Shown piece after piece: positions 27,007 to 37,732 of a DNA stretch of 64,000 bases. The notes under the pieces were generated by a model. It saw only the letters and a program-made list of their open reading frames with translations. It was not told the origin of the DNA and did no database searches. Within the stretch, counting starts at the first letter, position 1, and each line of letters starts with the position of its first letter. Made by a program: the position numbers and the translations under genes. This DNA comes from Mobula hypostoma (taxonomy: Eukaryota): NCBI RefSeq assembly GCF_963921235.1, contig NC_086109.1, positions 1,614,001 to 1,678,000 on the forward strand, in the 5' to 3' direction.

Positions 27007-27539
27007 AAGCTGCATGGAGGAGAAATAAGTGGAACAATATGGAAGGTTGTGGATGGGACAGGGAAAGGCACAAGAACTGGATGGAGGTTGACAATGTAGA
27101 GAGAGAAGAAGATTTGTTGACTGGGATAAGGCAGGGGAAGGTGTGAGTGAGAGGAAGTGACCATAGTGAGATGAAGGCAGGCACGTGGAAATGCAAAGAC
27201 TGAAGGGTTAGAGTGGGGTGCAGGGAAAGGATGAAAGTCGATCTGAGGGAGATGTCAGTGACAGGAAAGGGTCAGAAAGGGAGAGAGGAGGAGCAAGGGC
27301 AACATGCTGAACAGGACTGAGGGAGGTGCCGGTGTGTGACAGAGGAAGGGTCGGTAAAGCACCTAGGTAGCAGTGCAGAAAGTGGGGGCAGGGTCCAGAG
27401 AGGCACTGATGTAGTGGTGTGGAGCAGGAGGAGTTGAAGGCTTCAGAGTGGGACAGAGAGAGGAGGACTGGGAGACGGTGGACTGGTGGAGATGGTGTGG
27501 TTGAATTGAGACAAAGGGAGGGGATGAGGCCTCACCCAC

Positions 27540-27869
27540 CAAAAACATACAGCTGCATGTTGCGGTAGATGCTTCGGCCACGGCTGAACTTAGCGTAGAA
27601 GTAGTACCAGCCGGAGTCAGTAGAACGAACGTATCCCAGCACCAGTGTGCCATTGACGTAGACCTGCACCCTGTCCTTATAGTCGCCTTGGCACTCCTGC
27701 CTGTCTGGCGGTTGCCAGGTACAGATGATGGAGGGCACGGACCTTGGGCCTTTGCGGAAGATCCATTGTAGGAAAGTGGGCTTCTGCTTCAGATCGACAG
27801 ACAGGGTGACATTGGAATTCAACCGGCTGCAAGTGTAATCCATGGACAGTGTGATACCTTGGGGCAGGC
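27540..27869 (-). CDS. Gene A exon V2: Ig V-like domain of CD2/SLAM type (no B-F disulfide)
   Basis: Acceptor ccttcccttcccttgctctcag-type polypyrimidine tract then GCCTG; donor G|GTGGGT; 330 nt, phase 1-1, open; motifs LQWIF, YKDRV, NGTLVL, DSGWYYF, QLYV. Confidence 0.85.
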
Positions 27870-28034
27870 CTGAGAGCAAGGGAGGGAAGGGTGACATTGT
27901 GGCCTAGAACCTGCCTCTTCCTGATAGTCCAGCACCTAGACCATGACTCAACAGTCAGTGGCCTCAAAGCTGACCCAGTGACAGAAGTCACATCAGTTGT
28001 AGACCAAAACGGACCATCATCCTCATGCTGGACC

Positions 28035-30950
28035 ATAAGATATAGCAGCAGATTTAGGCCATTTGGCCATCAAGCCTGCTCAACCATTCTATTATGGCTG
28101 ATTTATTATCCCTCTCAACCCCAGTCTCCTGCCTTCTCCCCATAACCTTTATCAACCTCTGCCTTAAATATACCCACTGTCTTGGCCTCCACAGCTGTCT
28201 GTGGCAATGAATTCCATAAATTCAACACTTTCTGGCTAAAAGAAACTCCCCCCTCATCTTTGTTCTAAAGGGATGTCCTTGTTTCTCGATGCTGTGCCCT
28301 CTGGTTCAAGACTTCCCACATCTCCTCCATGTCCACTTCAGCGAGTGTAGACCCAGAACCATCAAACAATCCTCATTATTAACCCCTTCATTCTTGCAAC
28401 CATTCTCATGAATGTCCACTGTACCCTCTCCAATGGCAGCACATCCTTTCTTAGATTAGGGGCCCAAAATTACCTCCACTCCAAGTGCAGTCTGACCAAT
28501 GTCTTGTAAAGCCTCAGTATCACATTCTTCTTATATTTTAGAATGAATGCTAACACTACATTTGCCTTCCAACTCAACCTGCAAGTTAATCTTTAGGAAG
28601 TTCTGGATTAGGATTCCCAACTTGGAATTCAAAGTCCTTTTGCACATCTGCTTTCTGAATTTGCTCCCCATTTTAGAAAATAGCCTACATCTTCATTCCT
28701 TCCACTAAAGTGCATGACTATACACTTTCTTACAATATATTCCACTGGCCATTCTCGTAATCTTTCGAAATCCTTCTGCAGACTCCCTGTTTCCTCAACA
28801 CTACCTGCCCTTCCACCTCTCTATCATCCACAAACTTGGTCACAAAGCCATCATTCAAATCATTGACATATAATATGTAAAGAAGTGGGCGCAACACCAC
28901 TAGTAACCAGAAAAGGCCCCTTTTATTCCCATTCTTTGCCTCCTGCCAGTCAGTCAGTCTTCCATCAATGCTAATACTTTCCTGTAATATCCCGAGTTAT
29001 TATCTTGTTTAGCAGCTTTACATGCAGCACCTTGTCAAAGGACATCTGAAAATCCAAATAAACAACATAAATTGACAGTCCTTCATCTAGCCTGCCTATT
29101 ACCTCTTCAAAAATTTTCAACAGGTTTATCACACAAGATTTCCCCAAACCGTGCTGACTTTGGCCTATTTTATCAAGTGCCTCCAAGTATCCCAAAGCAT
29201 TATTCTTAATAATGGACTCCAATATCTTACCAACCACTTAAGTCAGACTAACTAGCCTTTAATTTCCTATCTTTTGTCTCCCTCCTTTTTTAAAGAGTGG
29301 AAAAATGTTCCAGTCCTCCAGAACCATTCCAGAGTCTAGTTATTCTTGAAACATCATTACTAATGCCTCTACAATCTCTTCAGGTACCTCTTTCAGGACC
29401 CTGGGGTGGAGTCAATCTAGTCCAGGTGACTTAGCTACCTTCAGAACTTTCAGCTTTCCAAGCACCTTCTTCTTAGTAGTAGTAGCAATACACTCATTTC
29501 TACTCCCAATGCAAATTTCTAGCATGGTGCTGATGCCTTCCACAATGAAGACCGATACAAAATAATTATTAAGTTCATCTGCCATTTCTTTAACCCCATG
29601 TCTACTTCTCCAGTATCACTTTCCATCACTCCAATAACCACTCTCTTCTTTTATTCTTTATGCATCTGAAAAAAACTTTGGTACTGATTTTATATTATTG
29701 GCTAGCTAACTTTCTTATTTCACGTTTTCTCACCTTATTGTTTTTTTTTAGTTGCCTTCTGTTGGTTTTTAAAGGATTTCCAATCTTCCAAATTCCTACC
29801 AACTTTTTGCTATAATAAATTAACTCTTTTGGATTCATGCTGTCTTTGCCTTCCCTTGTCAGCCACGGTATCCTCATCCTTTCTTTAAAATACTTCTTAG
29901 AGATGACCTGCTTCTTCCAAAATTTTCCCAGAAACTCCAGCTGACATCCCTACTGGTGTGCCCTTCAAATCATCTTTGGCCTGCTCCTCTTTCATGCCTC
30001 CATAGTTACCTTTAATACCAATACATCTGATTTTAGGTTCTCCCTCTGAAACAACGGGGTGATTTCTGTCCTATTATAATCACTGCCTACTGCTGCCTCA
30101 AAACGGTATATTTATTGAAATATGCCAGTAATATTAAAACTGATTCTGATTGTATTCCCTTCCCTTAAGCTGCCTAATCAAATCAGGTTCATTACAATCC
30201 AAAATTGCCAAGTGAGGTCAATCACATGCTGCTCTAAAAATTCATCTTGTAAGCAATTCTACAAATTTTTTCCTCTTGGGATCCAGCACCAACCTGATTT
30301 TCCCAAACTACCCGCATTTCAAAACCCCCATGACTATCATAACATTGCCCTTTTTATCTCCCGTTGTAATTTGTACCCCACATCCTGGCTACTGTTCTGA
30401 GGCTGGTATACAAATCCCATCAAGGTCTTTTTACCCTTGCAATTTCTTAACTCTACCCACAAGGATTCTACATCTTCCAATCCCATATATCTTCTTTCTA
30501 TGGATTTGATTTCTTTTTGTTTATCAACAGAGGCATCCCACCCCCTCTGACTACTTATCTGTCCTTTCAATACAATGTGCATGCTGGGATGTTAAGCTCC
30601 CAACTGTGACTTTCTTTCAGTTATGACTCAGTGATGCCCACAACATCATATCTGCCAATCTCCAACTGCACTAAAAGATCATCCACCTTATTCCATATAC
30701 TGTTTGCATTCAAATAAAACAGCATCAGTCTGTCTCCCAGGTACTCAGGGATTTCTTTCATGTCCACAGAATCTGCTGTCTGCTCTTCTGACTATAGAAT
30801 CCCCTATCACCACTACACTCTGCTTCTCCCCACATTCCTTTTTGAACCACAGAGCCAATCTTAGTGCCAGAGACCGGGTCGCTGCAGCTTTCCCCTGGTA
30901 GGTCGTTCCCCACCCCCCTTACAGTATCCGAAGTGGTAATATAGTCTCTT
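28035..30950 (-). mobile_element. Old degraded CR1 LINE (3'UTR to ORF1 remnant)
   Basis: VVYLDFQMSFDKV, VESLWVELRNCKGKKTL and ORF1 esterase remnant; many stops. Confidence 0.85.
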
Positions 30951-31594
30951 ACACCAACACTGGGCTTTGACCCTGACTCCATCTCCCTCCTACCCTAATG
31001 CTGCACTTATCACCAGACCCTGACCTCTCCTTTCAAACCTGCACAGTGGCATAACCCCTCACAGAACCTCCCGCAGACCCCTCACTCTGACCTTTGATAT
31101 GATCCCTCACTCTGATCCGAGACAGTGACACGACCCCCTCACCCTGATCCTGTATGGTGACAGAACCCCTTAAGAAGGGTTGACATGTTCACTGATCCAA
31201 CCCCGGTCCTGCACTCAAATTACAGGTTCCTCACCAATGACCCTGGACAGTGAGCGCGATGGAGGCGGGGGGGGGGGGGGGACGGGGACGGGGGAGTGTA
31301 GTAGGACAAAATTGAGGTTTGTGGAGGGAAGATGTCAGAGCGGGATGAGGTAAGGAATGTAATGCAGAATACAACAAAGGCAGAATGAGAAGAACTGAGG
31401 AAGGGAATGGAGGAGTACTGATCATGGGTGGAAGTGACAAAATGAAGACAGACTAAGGTTGGTATTCAGGTGGGAGTAGAGACACATAGGTGAGGTGGGA
31501 TTTGACTGGGACATAGGAATTGCACCAAGAGGCAGTGGCTTGGGGGCTTGGGATGTTGGATGAAGACATAGGGAGGAGATGCAGCCTCACCCAC

Positions 31595-31924
31595 CGAAAA
31601 CATACAGTTGCACTTTGTAGTGAATGCTTCCGCCCTGCCTGTACCTGGCGTAGAAGTTGTACCAGCCGGAGTCAGCAGAACGGATCAAGTGCAGCACCAG
31701 AGTGCCGTTCACGTAGATATGTGCCCTGCGCTTATAGCTGTCCCGGCACTGCTGATGGTCGGGCAGGGACCAGCTGCAGATGATGGAGGGCAGGGACCTA
31801 GGCGACTTGCGGAAGCTCCACTGCATGTAGCTGGGTCCCTGCTTCAGATTAAAGGGAAAGGTGACTTTGGAGTTCAACAGGCCACAGGTATAGTCCTTGG
31901 CCAGTGCAACGTCTCGGGCCAGGC
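31595..31924 (-). CDS. Gene A exon V1: Ig V-like domain of CD2/SLAM type (no B-F disulfide)
   Basis: Acceptor ttcttccctcccttgctcccag|GCCTG; donor G|GTGGGT; 330 nt, phase 1-1, open; motifs MQWSF, YKRRA, NGTLVL, DSGWYNF, QLYV; 63/110 residues identical to V2 with no gaps (hand count). Confidence 0.85.
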
Positions 31925-32384
31925 CTGGGAGCAAGGGAGGGAAGAATGACATGGACAGTCGTATGAAACCCACAGTGACAATGACACCCCAGCCCAAACC
32001 TGGACAGTGACGTGACTCCTTACCCAAGATCAGACAGTGATTGATCTCGCAGTCTGATCCCAAAGATTGGACAACCCTCTCACCCTGATCCAAAAAAATA
32101 GAAATATCACAGACCCTGACCCTGCATGGTGACACATTTCACTGAATTGTGTTATGCAACACCCCAGTCTGACTCTGGATTATGATATATTCCGTAATCC
32201 CAAATCCAGATGGTAATACACACACCATCCACAACCGAACCGAGAGGGTGTCTCATCCTCTCTTCCACACCTGGACAGTGACAAGAAAACACACACCAAA
32301 TCCAGACGATAAAATGATCCTTCAACATGAGTTTGCAGTGTTACAAACTTTCACATAATGCAGGGTAAGACAACTTTCACCCTA

Positions 32385-33190
32385 AACAGGACTCATCAAT
32401 AGCTCTCACATGACCCTGACTCCAACATCAACTCTCCCCAACCTGAGCTCAATACAAACTCTCCCCCCGACCGGGATTCAGCATCAATTCCCTAGACTCA
32501 TCGTCAACTCTACCCTGACCCCGACTCAACGTCAACTATACCCTCACCCTTACTCAACACCAACTCTCCCCCTGACCCTGACTCAGTATTAACTGTCACC
32601 CTGACCGGGACTCAATGTCAAATCTACCCTGCCCCCAAATCAATGTCAACTCTTCCCTTGACCTCGACTCAACGTCAACTCTGCCCCGATCCAGACTCAG
32701 TGTCAACACTCCCCCTGACCAGGACTCAATGTCAACTCTCAAACCGACCAGAACTCAATATTAACTCCCACGCTGACCCAGACTCAACATCCACTCTGCC
32801 CCTGATCCGGACAGAGCGTCAAATCTCCCCCTGACTCAACTCAGTATCAAACTCTCACCTTTACCGGGACTCAATGTCAACTCTCCCCTTGACCATAACT
32901 CAGTGTCAACTCTCACCCTGATCCCGACTCAACATTAACTCTCCCCCGATTGAGACTCAAAGTCAATTCTCCAACTGATTCGGGCACAATGTCAGCTCCC
33001 CAACTGATTCGCTCAGTGTCAACACTCACCCTGACCAGGACTCAATGTCAACTCTCACCCTGATCCAGACTCAACATCAAACCTCTCACCAATTCAGACT
33101 CAACATCAACTTTCCCTGTTCTAGACTCAACGCCAACTCTCCCCTTGTTCCAGTTTCAATGTCAACTCCCACCCTGACTCCGTCTCGCAC
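32385..33190. repeat. Degenerate ~29-bp minisatellite (gactcaaYgtcaactctcMccctgaYcc)
   Basis: Recurring gactcaa/tcaactctc/ccctgac motifs at ~29-bp spacing. Confidence 0.8.
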
Positions 33191-33191
33191 A

Positions 33192-35425
33192 ATGAACCCC
33201 ACACCTATCCACTCCCGACCAGTGAGCCCTACACCTATCCCCTCCTGAACAGAACCCCACACCTGTTCCCTATCGAACACTGAACCCCACACCTGTCCCC
33301 TCCCGAACACTGAACGCCACACCTGTCCCCTCCCGAACACTGAACCCCACACCTGTCCCTCCGGAACACTGAACCCCACACCTGTCCCCTCCCGAACACT
33401 GAACCACACACCTGTCCCCTCCCGAACACTGAATCCCACACCTGTCCCTTCCCGAACACTGAACCCCACACGTGTCCCCGCCCAAACACTGAACCCCACA
33501 CTTGTGCCCTCCCGAACACTGAACTCCACACTTGTCCCCTCCCGAACACTGAACTCCACACCTGTCCCCTCCAGAATACTGAACCCCACACCTGTGCCCT
33601 CCCGAACACTGAACCCCACACCTGTGCCCTCCCGAACACTGAACCCCACACCTGTGCCCTCCCGAACACTGAATCCCACACCTGTCCCCTCCCGAACACT
33701 GAACCCCACACCTGTCCCCTCCCGAACACTGAACCCCACACCTGTCCCCTCCCGAACACTGAACCCCACACCTGTGCCCTCCCGAACACTGAACCCCACA
33801 CCTGTCCCCTCCCAAACACTGAACCCCACACCCCTCCCGAACACTGAACCCCACACCTGTGCCCTCCCGAACACTGAACCCCACACCCCACCCGAACACT
33901 GAACCCCACACCTGTGCCCTCCCGAACACTGAACCCCACACCTGTCCCCTCCCGAACACTGAACCCCACACCTGTGCCCTCCCGAACACTGAATCCCACA
34001 CCTGTCCCCTCCCGAACACTGAATCCCACACCCCTCCCGAACACTGAACCCCACACCTGTTCCCTATCGAACACTGAACCCCACACCTGTCCCCTCCCGA
34101 ACACTGAACGCCACACCTGTCCCCTCCCGAACACTGAACCCCACACCTGTCCCTCCGGAACACTGAACCCCACACCTGTCCCCTCCCGAACACTGAATCC
34201 CACACCTGTCCCTTCCCGAACACAGAACCCCACACGTGTCCCCGCCCAAACACTGAACCCCACACTTGTCCCCTCCCGAACACTGAACTCCACACCTGTC
34301 CCCTCCAGAATACTGAACCCCACACCTGTCCCCTCCCGAACACTGAACCCCACACCTGTCCCCTCCCGAACACTGAACCCCACACCTGTGCCCTCCCGAA
34401 CACTGAACCCCACACCTGTCCCCTCCCGAACACTGAACCCCACACCTGTGCCCTCCCGAACACTGAATCCCACAGCTGTGCCCTCCCGAACACTGAACTC
34501 CACACCTGTCCCCTCCTGAACACTGAATCCCACACCCCTCCCGAACACTGAACCCCACACCTGTGCCCTCCCGAACACTGAACCCCACACCTGTCCCCTC
34601 CCGAACACTGAACCCCACACCTGTCCCCTCCCGAACACTGAACCCCACACCTGTGCCCTCCCGAACACTGAACTCCACACCTGTCCCCTCCTGAACACTG
34701 AATCCCACACCCCTCCCGAACACTGAACCCCACACCTGTGCCCTCCCGAACACTGAACCCCACATCTGTGCCCTCCCGAACACTGAACCCCACAGCTGTG
34801 CCCTCCCGAACACTGAACTCCACACCTGTCCCCTCCTGAACACTGAATCCCACACCCCTCCCGAACACTGAACCCCACACCTGTGCCCTCCCGAACACTG
34901 AACCCCACACCTGTCCCCTCCCGAACACTGAACCCCACACCTGTCCCCTCCCGAACACTGAACCCCACACCTGTGCCCTCCCGAACACTGAACTCCACAC
35001 CTGTCCCCTCCTGAACACTGAATCCCACACCCCTCCCGAACACTGAACCCCACACCTGTGCCCTCCCGAACACTGAACCCCACACCTGTGCCCTCCCGAA
35101 CACTGAACCCCACACCTGTTCCCTCCCGAACACTGAACCCCACACCTGTGCCCTCCCGAACACTGAACCCCACACCTGTGCCCTCCCGAACACTGAACCT
35201 CACACCTGTTCCCTCCCGAACACTGAACCCCACACCTGTGCCCTCCCGAACACTGAACCCCACACCTGTCCCCTCCCGAACACTGAACCCCACACCTGTG
35301 CCCTCCCGAACACTGAACCCCACACCTGTGCCCTCCCGAACACTGAACCCCACACCTGTCCCCTCCCGAACACTGAACCCCACACCTGTGCCCTCCCGAA
35401 CACTGAACCCCACACCTGTGCCCTC
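33192..35425. repeat. 30-bp minisatellite (gaacactgaaccccacacctgtSccctccc), ~75 copies
   Basis: Homogeneous tandem array with occasional 25-bp deletion units; in intron 1 of gene A. Confidence 0.97.
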
Positions 35426-35619
35426 TCATTATCCACCCTGATCCTACTTAATCTGCACTCTGGCTTCCCAACACCTGACCCTCGCATATACCGCGACACC
35501 CCTGAGTGCTGACATGTAATGCCTCATCATCCCTATCCATTCCATCCACTGCCACAACAATCTTGGCCCGATCTGACAAACCCTCCACCCGGAATCCCCA
35601 GCCCCAGACCACCCTCATC

Positions 35620-35945
35620 CTCTGATCTACACATCCCGTCCAGCGACCCCTCCCCACGCCTGTCCCGTGGCACCCACTGCGACCACTACCCTGATCCCTC
35701 CGGCGGCTCCGCCGTCCCCGGGATCTTCTCCCCCCGGCTCCACCTTACCGGCGCACAGAACCAAGAGCAGCCCGACGCCGGAGGCAGCCATCCCGGGGCA
35801 CCGGGCTCCCCCGCCTCGCACCACCATCGGCCAATAGGAAGATGGCGCTCCGGCTCTGCACCGCCCTCCGAGGCTGCACCAATCAGAGCCCACGCTGGGT
35901 TTCCTCGCGCCCGCTGTTTGAACGGCGGCGTCAACGGCCAACCGT
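35620..35945 (-). promoter_or_regulatory. CpG-island promoter of gene A
   Basis: CpG-dense segment (continues to ~36380); CCAAT at 35831-35835 and 35879-35883; GC box ccgccc 35861-35866; YY1-like AAGATGGCG 35839-35847. Confidence 0.7.
35749..35791 (-). CDS. Gene A exon 1: signal peptide MAASGVGLLLVLCA(G)
   Basis: gggATGG Kozak context; hydrophobic core; donor CCG|GTAAGG in phase 1 matches both V-exon acceptors; inside a CpG island. Confidence 0.82.
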
Positions 35946-36256
35946 CGCGGGACGGGTCACCGAGTGACCGTCGCGGGACGGGGGGAGAAGGGTCACGGAG
36001 TGACCGGATGGTCAGAACCGTCGCGGGACGGGGGGAGAAGGGTCACCGAGTGACCGGATGGTCAGAACCGTCGCGGGACGGGGGGAGAAGGGTCACCGAG
36101 TGACCGGATGGTCAGAACCGTCGCGGGACGGGGGGAGAAGGGTCACCGAGTGACCGGATGGTCAGAACCGTCGCGGGACGGGGGGAGAAGGGTCACCGAG
36201 TGACCGGATGGTCAGAACCGTCGCGGGACGGGGGGAGAAGGGTCACGGAGTGACCG
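35941..36256. repeat. CpG-rich 50-bp tandem repeat, ~5.5 copies plus a short first unit
   Basis: accgtcgcgggacggggggagaagggtcaccgagtgaccggatggtcaga repeated almost perfectly. Confidence 0.95.
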
Positions 36257-36664
36257 CAGAGCCGGACGTCTAACCGTGAGCGCGACCCTAGTGGACCGGA
36301 ACCTGCCATTCTTCTCCTTCTACTACTTCTTCTATTTCCGGCAGTGTAGACGCATCTAGGCGTATTACAGCCCTCCGCAGGGTGTATAATTAATTATAAT
36401 TCCGCTTGCAAATGCTGTATGTGCTCATTAAATAGCAATGCCGCAGATTGTTTTCCTTCTCAAATTTTGTCACGTGGTTTCCAAATAATTGCATTGCCTC
36501 AAATTACATTAATCTCATTTAAGTCATTTGTAAAAGTAAAAGCTTCTTGCTTGGGAATATTCATTATCCGCATGCTTAACATTTAAAATTGTTCTTTTCC
36601 AAGTGTATCTGCTATTTCCACGTTTTCCTTTTCTTGAATCAAAGCCTGTAGTTATTGAGATCTT

Positions 36665-37732
36665 GGCATTCCTCCCGCCACCTCACTAGGAATAGGATTC
36701 CCCTTGTCTTCACCTCCACTCCACCAGCCTCCGGGTCCAACATATAATTTTCCGTAACTTCTGCCACCTCCAACGGGATCTCACCATTAAGCACATCTTT
36801 CCCTCCCCCCCCACTTTCAGCAGGGTTTGCTCCCTATGCGACTCCCTTGTCCATTCGTCCCCCCACCATCCCTTCCCACCGATCTCCCTCCCGGAACAAG
36901 TGCTAGACATGCCCTTACACTTCCTCCCTCATTACCATTCAGGGCCCCAGACAGTTCTTCCAGGCGAGGCGATACTTCACCTGTGAGTCGGCTGGGGTGA
37001 TATACTGCGTCTGGCGCTCCCGATGCAGCCTTCTATATATTGGCGAGACCCGATCAGACTGGGAGACCGTTTCGCTGAACACCTACGTTCTGTCGGCCAG
37101 AGAAAGCAGGATCTCCCAGTGGCCACACATTTTAATTTCACGTCCCATTCCCATTCTGACATGTCTATCCACGGCCTCCTCTACTGTAAAGATGAAGCCA
37201 CACTCAGGTTGGAGGAACAACACCTTATATTCCGTGTGGGTAGCCTCCAACCTGATGGCATGAACATTGACTTCTCTAGCTTCTGTTAATGCCCCTCCTC
37301 CCCCTCGTACCCCATATATTATATATTTATTATATATATATACACACACAAACGTATATTCTTTTTCTGTCTCTCCTTTTTCTCCCTCTGTCCATCTCAC
37401 TATACTCCTTGCCCATCCTGTGGGCTTCACCCCTCCCCCTTTCTTTCTCCCTGGGCCTCCTGTCCCATGATCCTCTCATATCCCTTTTGCCAATCACCTG
37501 TCCAGCTCTTGACTCCATCCCTCCCCCTCCTGTCTTCTCCTATCATTTTGGATCTCCCCCTCCCACTTTCAAATCTCTTACTACCTCTTTTTTCAGTTAG
37601 TCCTGATGAAGGGTCTCGGCCCGAAACTTGGACTGTACCTCTTCCTATAGATGCTGCCCGGCCTGCTGCGTTCACCAGCAACTTTGATGTTGCTTGAAAT
37701 TCCAGCATCTGCAGATTTCTTTGTGTTTGTGT
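36665..37732 (+). mobile_element. Penelope-like element 3' part: GIY-YIG endonuclease + hammerhead-containing tail
   Basis: VIYCVWRSRCSLLYIGET, frameshift, then RLGDRFAEHLRSV...VATHFN...LRLEEQHLIFRVGSLQPDGMNIDF. Confidence 0.92.
37599..37634 (+). ncRNA. Minimal type I hammerhead ribozyme motif (cleavage triplet mutated)
   Basis: AGTC-CTGATGA-A-GGGT(CTCG)GCCC-GAAA-C-TTG-GACT: stem I AGTC/GACT, stem II hairpin, core CUGAUGA/GAAA. Confidence 0.75.

Noticed and set aside
31235..31242. Possible 8-nt micro-exon (cag|GGTCATTG|gtgag) between V1 and V2
   Set aside because: Keeps frame only with the phase-2 donor; could easily be chance and has no independent support
31971..32010. CACAGTG heptamer near V1 as a V(D)J recombination signal
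   Set aside because: No ACAAAAACC-like nonamer at 12 or 23 spacing, it lies in the upstream intron, and the V exons already include the G strand and a splice donor
33086..35499. Long ORFs up to 719 aa (CGVQCSGG / GVGFSVREGT / mucin-like PTPVPSRTLN)
   Set aside because: Several frames open only because the 30-bp unit lacks stops; lies in intron 1 of gene A
35519..36103. 194-aa plus-strand ORF over the CpG island
   Set aside because: GC-rich stop-poor sequence running into the VNTR; no recognisable domain
33192..36256. CRISPR-like appearance of regular repeats
   Set aside because: Contiguous units without unique spacers, no cas genes, eukaryotic context
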